Below are positions 37,223 to 46,053 of a DNA stretch of 64,000 bases, piece by piece. A model generated the notes under the pieces. It saw only the letters and a program-made list of their open reading frames with translations. It was not told the origin of the DNA and did no database searches. Source of the DNA: an uncultured Gemmatimonadales bacterium (lineage in GTDB: Bacteria; Gemmatimonadota; Gemmatimonadetes; Gemmatimonadales; GWC2-71-9); assembly GCA_963728915.1 (NCBI GenBank), contig CAVSLV010000003.1, positions 32,001-96,000 on the forward strand. Direction: 5' to 3'. Within the stretch, counting starts at the first letter, position 1. Each line of letters begins with the position of its first letter. The position numbers were made by a program, and so were the translations under genes.

Positions 37223-38542
37223 TTACACCAGCATCCGGCGCTTGAGATACTCGTACTGCCGGACCACCGCCCGGGCGGCGCCCTCGGGCAGCACGTCGAT
37301 GACCCGCACCCCGCTGCCCTTGAGCTCGGCCAGCGCGGCGGACCGGGATTCCAGCAGCTCCTCCGCGGCGGCCCGCTCGAAGGCCTGCTCCACGGTACCG
37401 GGGCGGGCGGTGGCCAGTCGCTCCAGCACCGGATCCCGGAGCGTGACGGCCACCGGGAGGTGGCGGGGGCGGAGGGTTCCCGCCTGGGCCAGGAACGCCT
37501 CGCTGGCGGTCCGGTCGATGACATCGGTCAGCATCACCGTGAGCGCCCGCTTCCGATTCCGCGCCGCGAGGAATCCGAACGCCGCGGGATAATCCGGTTC
37601 GACCAGACGCCCCTCCAGACCCGCGAGCGCATCGAGAACCAGCCGGAGCGACCGCCGGCCTCTCGCGGGGGGCACATAGGCCAGCACCTCATCGGCGAAG
37701 GCGAGCAGCCCGACGTTGTCGTCGTGCGCCACCGCGGCATGGGCGAGCTGGAACGCGGCGTCGATCGCGGATTCGAGCCGGGCCCGGCCTTCGCTCTCGG
37801 CGGTGAGCATGCGCCCCGCGTCGAGGACGATCATCACCTGCTGACGCCGCTCCACCTCGTATTGCCGCGCCATCAGCTTGCCGCGACGGCCGGTGGCTTT
37901 CCAGTCGATCGAACGGGTATCGTCCCCCGGCACCCATTCCTTGAGACTCTCGAACAGGCGGCCTTCCCCGATGCGCCGGAGGTTGCGGAGCCCGGCCTCG
38001 CGGCGCCGTTCTGCCTGGGAAGGGAGGGCCCGAAGCAGCGCGCCCTGGAGGTCGGGATAGACCACGACGGACCAGGGAAGCTCCCGCCGGCCCTGCCGCC
38101 AGCAGAGGCCCAGGGGGCCGAGCACCCGAAGGTCGAGCCGCCCCGCCCGGGCCTTGCCGCGATGGAGCGGGGTCACCACCAGGGTCTCGGCAAAGGATCC
38201 GCGGGGCGGCAGGGTGAGCCTCCGATCGGAAGGCGAGGCGCCGAGAAGCCGGGGGACGTGCTCCATAACCCGCACCGTCGCCGGCCGGGAGGCGCGATTC
38301 TGCCAGCGGTAGGTCACCGGGAGCTTCCGTCCTACCGAGAACGCCGGCGGCGCTTCGCGAGTCACCGGCCAGCTGGCCAGATCCTGCCGCGCCACCAGCC
38401 AGGCATCGAGCAGGAACGCCAGGACCCACAGGATGTCGCCGATCACCCAGGCGGTTCCCAGCGGAGACCACCATCGGCTGAGCGGCGCGAGCACGGCGAG
38501 CCCCGCGGCGACGGCATACCAGCGGCGCGAAGGGAGGATCAT
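37223..38542 (-). CDS. DUF58 domain (vWA-like) protein
   Basis: FESLKEWVPGDDTRSIDWKAT, LDAGRML. Confidence 0.92.
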   Translation of the reverse strand: MILPSRRWYAVAAGLAVLAPLSRWWSPLGTAWVIGDILWVLAFLLDAWLVARQDLASWPVTREAPPAFSVGRKLPVTYRWQNRASRPATVRVMEHVPRLLGASPSDRRLTLPPRGSFAETLVVTPLHRGKARAGRLDLRVLGPLGLCWRQGRRELPWSVVVYPDLQGALLRALPSQAERRREAGLRNLRRIGEGRLFESLKEWVPGDDTRSIDWKATGRRGKLMARQYEVERRQQVMIVLDAGRMLTAESEGRARLESAIDAAFQLAHAAVAHDDNVGLLAFADEVLAYVPPARGRRSLRLVLDALAGLEGRLVEPDYPAAFGFLAARNRKRALTVMLTDVIDRTASEAFLAQAGTLRPRHLPVAVTLRDPVLERLATARPGTVEQAFERAAAEELLESRSAALAELKGSGVRVIDVLPEGAARAVVRQYEYLKRRMLV

Positions 38543-39522
38543 GGATGGGGCGCCGCGATCCGCTCGATCAGGGTCTGGAGCGCGGCATCGGCGGTCACCC
38601 CTTCGAGCTCGAGCTCGGGGGCCACCACCACTCGATGACGAAGCACCGCGACCACCAGGCCTTTCACGTCGTCGGGAATCACGTAGTCCCGGCCATCGAG
38701 CAGCGCAGCCGCCTGGGAAAGCTTGAGGAGACCCACACTGGCGCGGGGCGAAGCCCCCAGGGTGAGAATCGGCGCCCCCCGAGTGGCCCGCACCAGGGCG
38801 GTGACGTACTCCACCAGGCTCGGCTCGACCCGAACCTGCCGCGCCGCCGCGCGAAGCCGCTCCAGTCCGCCGGCATCGAGCACGCGGGTGATGCCGAAGC
38901 TCGCCGTTTCGGTGGAATCGAACCCGCTCAGCACGCTGTCCAGCACCCGTTGCTCGGTGTCGCTCTCGGGATACTCCAGCGTGCTCTTGAGCAGGAAGCG
39001 GTCGAGCTCGGCTTCCGGCAGGGGGTAGGTCCCTTCGAATTCGATCGGGTTCTGGGTGGCGAACACCGTGAAGCTCGCGGTCATGGGATGGCCTTCGCCA
39101 TCCACCGTCACGCTGCGTTCCTCCATCGCCTCGAGCAGGGCGGCCTGAGTCTTCGCGGGCGCCCGGTTGATCTCGTCGGCGAGGACCAGGTCGGCGAAGA
39201 TCGGACCGGGCCGGAAGGTGAAGCCTCCCTGCCCGGTCAGGATGTTGACTCCGGTGATGTCCGAGGGCATCAAGTCGGGAGTGAACTGAATCCGCCGGAA
39301 ATTGAGCCCCAGCGCTTCATTGAGCGCCCGGACCATCAGCGTCTTGGCGGTCCCGGGCGGACCTTCGAGCAGGACGTGTCCCCGCGCGATCAGGGCAAGC
39401 ACCGCTTCGTGCAGGACCGCCTCCTGACCGAGCACGACGCGCCGGAGCTCGCCGAGGACCCGGTTCGCGGCCCCGGCGGCGTCACGGACTTCTTCGGGAC
39501 TCAATGCTTGAGTTCCTGCCAC
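38539..39522 (-). CDS. moxR: MoxR family AAA+ ATPase
   Basis: GHVLLEGPPGTAKT, RIQFTPDLMPSD, DEINRAPAKTQAALL, ATQNPIE.EGTYPLPEA.LDRF; GTG start with GGAGG RBS. Confidence 0.95.
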   Translation of the reverse strand: MAGTQALSPEEVRDAAGAANRVLGELRRVVLGQEAVLHEAVLALIARGHVLLEGPPGTAKTLMVRALNEALGLNFRRIQFTPDLMPSDITGVNILTGQGGFTFRPGPIFADLVLADEINRAPAKTQAALLEAMEERSVTVDGEGHPMTASFTVFATQNPIEFEGTYPLPEAELDRFLLKSTLEYPESDTEQRVLDSVLSGFDSTETASFGITRVLDAGGLERLRAAARQVRVEPSLVEYVTALVRATRGAPILTLGASPRASVGLLKLSQAAALLDGRDYVIPDDVKGLVVAVLRHRVVVAPELELEGVTADAALQTLIERIAAPHP

Positions 39523-40688
39523 AGATCCTCCACCGCAAGGGCGGCCAGACGGACGTTGCGCGCGGGCTGCCCCGGGCGGGCGAGCTGTTTGAGGCGGTCG
39601 AGCGGCTCGCTCCGGCGATCCATGCTCTCGAGCCACGACCGCCAGTCACCGGCCGGACGCAGGCCGACCGGGGCAAGACGACGCCGGAGCCCGCGCACCA
39701 TCGCCCCGATCGCTTCGTCGTGACCGCCCGCCGCGGAGAGCGCGGTGGCCAGCGCGTCCACGTGTTCCAGCGGAGAGCGGCGGATCCGGGTGATCGCGCG
39801 GATCGCCGGCCCGAATCGCACCGCCCCGAAGAGAAGCGCGATCACCCCGACCAGCGCGAGCTGCCAGACCGCCCATCCCCAGGGAGAGCGCCGGCTCCAC
39901 GCCAGCGTGGCTCCGGCCAGCGAGCCGCTCGCCCCGAAACCGTGATGATACTCCTCGAAGATCACCTCGCGATAGGATCGGGTCAGCAGCCCGAGGACGA
40001 ACGGGCCGGCGCTGCTGCGGCGGAGAGCTCGATTGCGGAACGGGGCGGCATCGCTGAACAGGAACACCCGCCGGCCGGTCGCCAGGGTGAGCCGCACCGC
40101 GGCCAGATCGTCCCGCTCGGTCCGGAGCAGCACCGACCGTCCCGCGATCACCGGCACCTGACACCCAAAACGACCGATGTCTTCCAGCCGGCTCGAGTCC
40201 ACCACTTCCCGCTCCCCGGTCCGGACCAGGGCGCGAGCGACCTGGGCGTCGTTGGCGTCGGGCTCCCGTCCTGGAGGAGCGACTCGCATGGAGTCGGCCA
40301 GGGGTTCCGTGCGATACCCGAAGCAGCGCATCAGGGGAGTGGCTCCCGCGCCGGCGAGCAGCACGTCGCTCCGCCCGGCGAACTGGAGCACCTCGCCGAT
40401 TTCCGGAGGTGAGAACTCCACCGTGGGATCCAGGATCACCAGGATCCGGGGAAGCGAGTCCGCGAGGCGGTCGAGATGGATCGGCCGCTCGCGGAAGCGG
40501 CGGACCGTGAGCCCGAGGCGCTGGGTCGCTTCCAGCAGGGCCCGGGCCCCTTCGGGACTGGCGAGAAAGGTGGACGGCCGGACGTCGAGCTCCGGCTCCT
40601 CTCCGCTGGAGCGGCCCACCAGGGTTCCGATCGCGGCCACCCCGAAGAGCAGGCAGAGCGCCAGCAGTGCTTCAGAGCGCGGGCGCAT
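39501..40688 (-). CDS. DUF4350-like membrane protein
   Basis: N-terminal TM, ST...P.GARAL, VIFEEYHHG, RFGP motif; MoxR cluster context. Confidence 0.75.
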   Translation of the reverse strand: MRPRSEALLALCLLFGVAAIGTLVGRSSGEEPELDVRPSTFLASPEGARALLEATQRLGLTVRRFRERPIHLDRLADSLPRILVILDPTVEFSPPEIGEVLQFAGRSDVLLAGAGATPLMRCFGYRTEPLADSMRVAPPGREPDANDAQVARALVRTGEREVVDSSRLEDIGRFGCQVPVIAGRSVLLRTERDDLAAVRLTLATGRRVFLFSDAAPFRNRALRRSSAGPFVLGLLTRSYREVIFEEYHHGFGASGSLAGATLAWSRRSPWGWAVWQLALVGVIALLFGAVRFGPAIRAITRIRRSPLEHVDALATALSAAGGHDEAIGAMVRGLRRRLAPVGLRPAGDWRSWLESMDRRSEPLDRLKQLARPGQPARNVRLAALAVEDLWQELKH

Positions 40689-41268
40689 GACGCTCCTCCA
40701 TAACCCGCTGATGGAAGGCGTCATATTCGGCCGGCCCGCAGGGACGCCGCGCGAACCCGTAGCCGTACAGCGCGCCGACCAGCTCCAGGAGCTCGGCGCG
40801 GAGCGGCGGGCCGAGACCGGGCTCCCGGGTGTATTCCCGGGGCGTTTTCGCCGGATGGTACTTGAGCAGCGCGGCGGCATCGAGGGCCAGGACCAGTCCC
40901 AGGAAATCCGCCTGCATCGCTTCGACAAAGCGGCCCGAGGCGGCGAGTCGGGCCGCTTCCCGCCGGTACCACTCGCGATCCCGGCGGAGCGCGACCGGAA
41001 CGGCCGCCTCACCCGCAGGCGCCGAGGGGCGGATGGTGCGCACCAGGACCCAGGCGGCGTGCACCAGGATCGCCACCAGGACGACCAGCATGGCGAGCAT
41101 CAGGAAGCGGTAGCCCAGCGGGTTATGATCCCGGAGCAGGGTCAGCCAGTGCGCCAGGCCGGCCAGCCAGCGGCGCACCTGGACCAGCGGCTCGGGACGC
41201 TCGGTCCAGCGATAGGCCGGGTCGGCGAACACGCTGTCCAGGACGGCGCGGAGAGAATCGGGGGGCAC
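40672..41268 (-). CDS. DUF4129-like protein
   Basis: one TM helix, then A...AA.GRF.EA, KTPREY, YGYGF; start approximate. Confidence 0.7.
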   Translation of the reverse strand: MPPDSLRAVLDSVFADPAYRWTERPEPLVQVRRWLAGLAHWLTLLRDHNPLGYRFLMLAMLVVLVAILVHAAWVLVRTIRPSAPAGEAAVPVALRRDREWYRREAARLAASGRFVEAMQADFLGLVLALDAAALLKYHPAKTPREYTREPGLGPPLRAELLELVGALYGYGFARRPCGPAEYDAFHQRVMEERHAPAL

Positions 41269-41270
41269 GG

Positions 41271-42023
41271 TCAGGACGGCTCGCTCGCCGCCGCCAGCAG
41301 GTCGAGATCGAACCCTTCCTTCTTGATCCGGAGGTCGTAGTAGAGCAGGGTGATCACGGTGTACAGGTAGGGGTAGACCGCGACCTCCAGCACCGCGCTC
41401 ACCGTTTCGGGAACCGCCGCCGTGGCCGAGCCCCCCGCGACGGCCCACACGGTCATCACCGCGACCCTCGGGACCAGGAGGAGCAGAAACGCGACCACCA
41501 CGGTCCCGAAGACCTGGCCCTTGTACCCCTTGGTGAGCTCCCAGGACCGCGCCATCGCCGAGGTGGCGCGCTCCGGGCGCTCGACCACCATGGCCACGGA
41601 CGCGAGCAGCAATCCGGAGAGCAGGATGAGGCCCGGCACGAAAAGCAGAAAGAATCCGATGCCGACCAGGAGAGAGGTCAGCAGCGACACCACGATGAGC
41701 GGCCAGACCAGCGGCAGCGCCCGGCGGAGGCCCTCGCCCGCCGTCATCCGGCGACCCAGGTAGGCCTCGGAGACGATCGAGGTCGTGGCCGCGACGCCCA
41801 CCGAGTTCATGATCACGGCGAGCGCCCAGTAGCCCAGCGTCACCGGGGCCAGGAAGAACATCTGCCCCGACGCCTCGAGATAGGTGCCGAGGAGCACCGG
41901 CGCGAGGTGCACCACCACGCCGACCACCAGCAGGGTCAGAAACATCGAGCGGTAGATCCCGAAAGAAACGTCGAGGATTTCGCCCAGCGTGAGGGGCCGG
42001 AGCGGAGGGACGGGCGCGGTCAT
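41271..42023 (-). CDS. integral membrane protein of MoxR clusters
   Basis: LRPLTLGEILD..F..YR ... A..RSWELTKG ... LLYYDLRIKKEGFDL. Confidence 0.8.
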   Translation of the reverse strand: MTAPVPPLRPLTLGEILDVSFGIYRSMFLTLLVVGVVVHLAPVLLGTYLEASGQMFFLAPVTLGYWALAVIMNSVGVAATTSIVSEAYLGRRMTAGEGLRRALPLVWPLIVVSLLTSLLVGIGFFLLFVPGLILLSGLLLASVAMVVERPERATSAMARSWELTKGYKGQVFGTVVVAFLLLLVPRVAVMTVWAVAGGSATAAVPETVSAVLEVAVYPYLYTVITLLYYDLRIKKEGFDLDLLAAASEPS

Positions 42024-42046
42024 CAGAGGAGTAGATTACTCCGGCG

Positions 42047-43822
42047 ATGAACGGACCGCCACGCAATCGGTATCGCCAGCACCTCGAAGTCGAGACCCCC
42101 GAGCACGTCCTCCTCGACTACGAGATCGCCGGCATCGGAAGCCGGGCCCTCGCGAAGCTGCTCGACCTGATGCTCCTCACCGGACTCATCGTGCTTCTTG
42201 GCTTCGGGTTCTCGCTCTGGCGCCAGGTGTCCGCCTGGCTGACCGCCATCCAGATTCTGCTGGGCTTCGCGATCTCCTGGGGCTACTTCGCCTGCGCGGA
42301 GGGATTCCTCCGGGGCCGGACGCCGGGCAAGCGGGCCATGGGCATCCGGGTGATCCGCGACACCGGCCACGGCATCGGGTTCCCCGACGCGGCCCTGCGG
42401 AATCTCCTGCTTCCCGCGGACCTCTTCGGCTTCCTCGGCGCCTTCTTCATCGCGCTGCATCCCGCCGCGAGGCGCCTTGGCGATCTGGTGGCCGGCACCG
42501 TCGTGGTGCGGGATCATCCGACCCGCCGGGCTCGAGGTGCCGAGCTCGCGACCGAGCCGGCCAGCGCGGCGCCGGTCCTGAATGATCCTGAATTTCGCCT
42601 GCTCCGGGAGTTCATCCAGCGAGCCGCCGAGCTGCCGGCCGCGGCGGTCGCACGTCATACCCGATCCCTGGTGGAGCGATTCGCCCAGCGGTTTCCCGAC
42701 CGATCCCGGGACGACGCGGTCTTTCTGGAGGATCTCTATCACGAGGAGCTTGCCCGCCGCCAGGGAAAATTCGCGGCGCGGGCGCTCCACCCCGGCGAGG
42801 CGCCGACCCGCCGGCACGCCGGATCGACGGTCGATCGAATGGTCGCGCGCAAGGCGAGTCGATGGTCGGCGTTTCAATCGATGGCCGAGCGGGTGACCCG
42901 GGAGGGACTCGACGCGTTGAACGCCCGGGAGCTGCCGGAATTCGCAGCCCGGTATCGCGAAGTGGCAGCGGACCTGGCGCGGGCTCGTACCTATGGCGCG
43001 GATGCTAACACGCTGGCCCAGCTCGAGCGCCTGGTCGCGGCCGGACACAACGCGCTCTACCGGAACCCCCGCCACACCTGGCGGGGGATCTGGGACTTCG
43101 TCCTGAAACAATGCCCCGCCGCGGTGCTCGAGGCCCGCCGCTACGTCCTGCTCGCGGGCACGGTGTTCACCGTCTCGGCGATCGGGGGCTTTGCCCTGCT
43201 CCGCGAAAAGCCCGCGCTCGCGCCGGAGCTGCTGCCCGATGTGGTGCTCGAGCGGGCCGATGCGGGCGCGACCCGGAGCGCGAGCGGGCAGGGCTACGTC
43301 GTGACCGAGTCGGGGACCCGTCCGATCCTGGCCTCCTCGATCATCACCAATAACATCGGTGTCGCGTTCTCGTGCTTTGCCGGCGGCGTGTTCCTCGGCG
43401 TGGGCGCTCTGGTCATGCTGGCGTTCAATGGGCTCTTTATCGGCGCGGCCTCGGGACACTTCGCCAATGCTGGGCTGCTGGGATACCTGTGGACCTTCGT
43501 GATCGGCCACAGCGTTCTGGAAGTGTTCGCCATCTGGGTGTCCGGGGCCGCCGGGTTTCTGCTCGGTCGCGCGATGATTGCTCCGGGGCGGCTCCGACGA
43601 GGCGACGCCCTGGTGCTGGCGGGACGAAGGGCGGTCCGAATGGTGGGCGCGGCGGTGGTAATGCTGGTGGTGGCCGGGAGCATCGAGGGGTTCGTGTCCG
43701 CCGGCGAATACCCCATCGGACTCCGGTTTGGGGTCAGCGCGGGAAGTGTTCTTCTACTGGCCCTCTATCTCCTGAATGGCAGAGAGCGGGGGCGGACGTC
43801 CGCCCCCGCTCCCCGTCCCTGA
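42047..43822 (+). CDS. RDD domain fused to SpoIIM/DUF95 domain
   Basis: ETPEHV...AGIGSR..A.L.D, GRTPGKR, RRLGDLVAGT; then YR..AADLA, NNI.VAF, H..LE, AG.IEGFVS. Confidence 0.9.
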   Translation: MNGPPRNRYRQHLEVETPEHVLLDYEIAGIGSRALAKLLDLMLLTGLIVLLGFGFSLWRQVSAWLTAIQILLGFAISWGYFACAEGFLRGRTPGKRAMGIRVIRDTGHGIGFPDAALRNLLLPADLFGFLGAFFIALHPAARRLGDLVAGTVVVRDHPTRRARGAELATEPASAAPVLNDPEFRLLREFIQRAAELPAAAVARHTRSLVERFAQRFPDRSRDDAVFLEDLYHEELARRQGKFAARALHPGEAPTRRHAGSTVDRMVARKASRWSAFQSMAERVTREGLDALNARELPEFAARYREVAADLARARTYGADANTLAQLERLVAAGHNALYRNPRHTWRGIWDFVLKQCPAAVLEARRYVLLAGTVFTVSAIGGFALLREKPALAPELLPDVVLERADAGATRSASGQGYVVTESGTRPILASSIITNNIGVAFSCFAGGVFLGVGALVMLAFNGLFIGAASGHFANAGLLGYLWTFVIGHSVLEVFAIWVSGAAGFLLGRAMIAPGRLRRGDALVLAGRRAVRMVGAAVVMLVVAGSIEGFVSAGEYPIGLRFGVSAGSVLLLALYLLNGRERGRTSAPAPRP

Positions 43823-43835
43823 ACCTCCGCTCCGC

Positions 43836-44894
43836 TCACGGCATCCGGTAGAAGTCCACCGCGCCGAGCTGCTCCTCGCCCCCGTCACGCTCGACCACCG
43901 CTGCCACCCGATGGCGGTTCCATGCCAGGGATCGCACCAGCCCGCGCAGCTTGACCGTCCCGAGAAACCGCCCCGTTGGCGAGAAGACGTCGACTTCGGT
44001 GGCGTGGAGATCCGCGCGGGCGGTGACGACCCACAGCCTTCCCTCGGGATCTTCGGAGAGTCCGCTCATCGCGAAGAACGGTTTGGCCATTCCGGCGAGC
44101 ACATCCTTGACGCGAGCCGCCGCGGCCGCCGGAACGGGCGTCCTGGTCGCCCCGCGCACCTTGGCCGTCTCGGTCTCGATTTCCTGGGCCGAGAAGCGGA
44201 CGACGGGCAGGTCGGGCCGCGCGAAGGTCGTGATCACCCGGCCCTTCGCGTCCAGCTCGAGGATCCGGTATTCGTTCACCTTCCCGAGATAGGTGTGGGC
44301 CCGGGTCCCCGCCGCCGCCGCGACGATGGGAGGAAGAGCCAATGGCTCGCGGTGGGTCGCCCCGAACAGGCTATCGAGGCGCACCAGCGGCTCGGCGAGG
44401 GCCCGATCGGCTTCGGTCACGCGAAGGAGGCCGAGCACCGGCGTCATCTGACGCGTGAAGTCGTACCAGGTGCAGTACAGCGCGGTTCCGGTCCACCGGA
44501 GCACCGTATTGATCACCACCGGAAACCCGACGGTGCGCTGGACCTGAAGTCCCCGGCTGAGGATCGTCGCCCGGCGCAGCCGCGTATCGACGACCAGGAG
44601 AGAGCCGTCCGAGCCGGGGATCGGCGCAGTGACCCCGCGATACTCGCCGGGACCCTCGCCGGGGCGGCCCGCGGCGGCCCGGACCCGGCCGGTGCCGGGA
44701 TCGACGAGCATAACCCGCTGCTCATCCACGTCGGCCACCGCCAGGGTGGTGTCGTCGAGCCAGGTGGACTGCATCGACGCCGTCCCGGAGAGGAGCACGG
44801 GCGGATGCTCCTCCCGGACCAGGCGGGGTGGACCCTGGGCCTCGACCGTATGACACAGCGTCAGGACGGTGAGGCCCGGGAGGAGGCGCGCCAT
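43836..44894 (-). CDS. secreted six-bladed beta-propeller (NHL-like) protein
   Basis: signal peptide ending VEA-Q; GRPGEGPGEY, DPEGRLWV, DVFSPTGRFLGTV blade motifs. Confidence 0.8.
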   Translation of the reverse strand: MARLLPGLTVLTLCHTVEAQGPPRLVREEHPPVLLSGTASMQSTWLDDTTLAVADVDEQRVMLVDPGTGRVRAAAGRPGEGPGEYRGVTAPIPGSDGSLLVVDTRLRRATILSRGLQVQRTVGFPVVINTVLRWTGTALYCTWYDFTRQMTPVLGLLRVTEADRALAEPLVRLDSLFGATHREPLALPPIVAAAAGTRAHTYLGKVNEYRILELDAKGRVITTFARPDLPVVRFSAQEIETETAKVRGATRTPVPAAAAARVKDVLAGMAKPFFAMSGLSEDPEGRLWVVTARADLHATEVDVFSPTGRFLGTVKLRGLVRSLAWNRHRVAAVVERDGGEEQLGAVDFYRMP

Positions 44895-44896
44895 GG

Positions 44897-45118
44897 TCAG
44901 GTCACCTTGAGGTTGCAGCCGAAGCGGCAACCGTCCCGCATGTCGGAGCAGAGGTACCCGCCGCCGAACAGCATGCAGAGCGAGTACATGGCATCGCAGT
45001 AGATCTGGCAGGGGCCGGTGTCAGCGCGGCGCGGCGCGGCGTGCGCCTCCACCGGCGCTCTGGAGGAGAGCAACGCGACAACCGCGACCAGGGCCGGGAG
45101 TCGAATGGGGAGTGTCAT
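44897..45118 (-). CDS. secreted six-cysteine peptide B (73 aa)
   Basis: signal ending AHA; core CQIYCDAMYSLCMLFGGGYLCSDMRDGCRFGC; GGAG RBS. Confidence 0.75.
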   Translation of the reverse strand: MTLPIRLPALVAVVALLSSRAPVEAHAAPRRADTGPCQIYCDAMYSLCMLFGGGYLCSDMRDGCRFGCNLKVT

Positions 45119-45149
45119 GAGGGCTCCGGAAAGTGAGATGGAATCGGGA

Positions 45150-45377
45150 TCAGATCGCGAACATGCAGCCTTCGACACAGCCGCTGTACCAGGCCACGCA
45201 CTGCTCGTTGCTCCGGCCGGTGCACTGGCCATTGAGCGCGTGGTAGAGGCAGGTCACCGCGCACGAGAACAGCCGGAACTCCGGGTCTCCCTGGGAGTGC
45301 GCGGGAGCGGGACGGGTGGCCAGGACGAGGACGGTCAGGGCCAGGACGGCGCCCAGACGACGCCATGAGGAACGCAT
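45150..45377 (-). CDS. secreted six-cysteine peptide A (75 aa)
   Basis: signal ending AHS-Q; core CAVTCLYHALNGQCTGRSNEQCVAWYSGCVEGC; AAAGGA RBS. Confidence 0.75.
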   Translation of the reverse strand: MRSSWRRLGAVLALTVLVLATRPAPAHSQGDPEFRLFSCAVTCLYHALNGQCTGRSNEQCVAWYSGCVEGCMFAI

Positions 45378-45402
45378 TGGAAGGTCCTTTCGGGATGGAA
45401 GG

Positions 45403-45954
45403 TCAGAGCAGGCCTTCGAGCAGGTGGATGCTCGGTGGATCGAGCACCCCCATGACATGGAAGGCGATGGTGCCACGGTCGGTGACCAGGATCGTGGCGG
45501 GAACGACGGATATCTGCAGGGTTCGGATCGCGGTGGCGGGGTCGTCGATCCGGCTGGCGGGAACGTCGGGGCCGAAATACCCGCCAACGGCGCCGGTGAT
45601 TTCCTCCAGCGTCACCCCGACGACCTGCACGTTCCGCTCCCGCGCCAGGCTCGCGAGTCGGAGCCATTCGGATTTCTGCGCGGCGCACGCGGGACAATCG
45701 CTCTTGAAGACGAAGAGCAGGAGACCCCGACGCCCCACCGTGGGCTCCAGGAGTGCGGCGCGCCCCGCGCTATCGACGATCCGGAATGGCGTGAATGCCG
45801 AATCCAGGACGGCACCCGGGCTGGACCCGCTCGAAGACGCCGAGCCTTTGCGACTGGTGAAGAAGACGACGACGGCTCCGCACAGGGCCAGGAGCGTCAG
45901 GCCGTCGAGCACCAGGCTGAGTGTGGTGCGGGTGGGAGCGGGCGGGTTGTTCAT
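45403..45954 (-). CDS. membrane-anchored TlpA/redoxin-like thioredoxin
   Basis: N-terminal TM, FVFKSDCPAC active site, VPATILV cis-Pro loop. Confidence 0.82.
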   Translation of the reverse strand: MNNPPAPTRTTLSLVLDGLTLLALCGAVVVFFTSRKGSASSSGSSPGAVLDSAFTPFRIVDSAGRAALLEPTVGRRGLLLFVFKSDCPACAAQKSEWLRLASLARERNVQVVGVTLEEITGAVGGYFGPDVPASRIDDPATAIRTLQISVVPATILVTDRGTIAFHVMGVLDPPSIHLLEGLL

Positions 45955-46053
45955 GCGCCACACGATGGCGGCGCGGGCTCAAAATCCCTTCAAATCACCC
46001 GGCCGCCGAAAAAACGCTCACGGATACCTTTCGACCAACCGTTGACTCGACGG

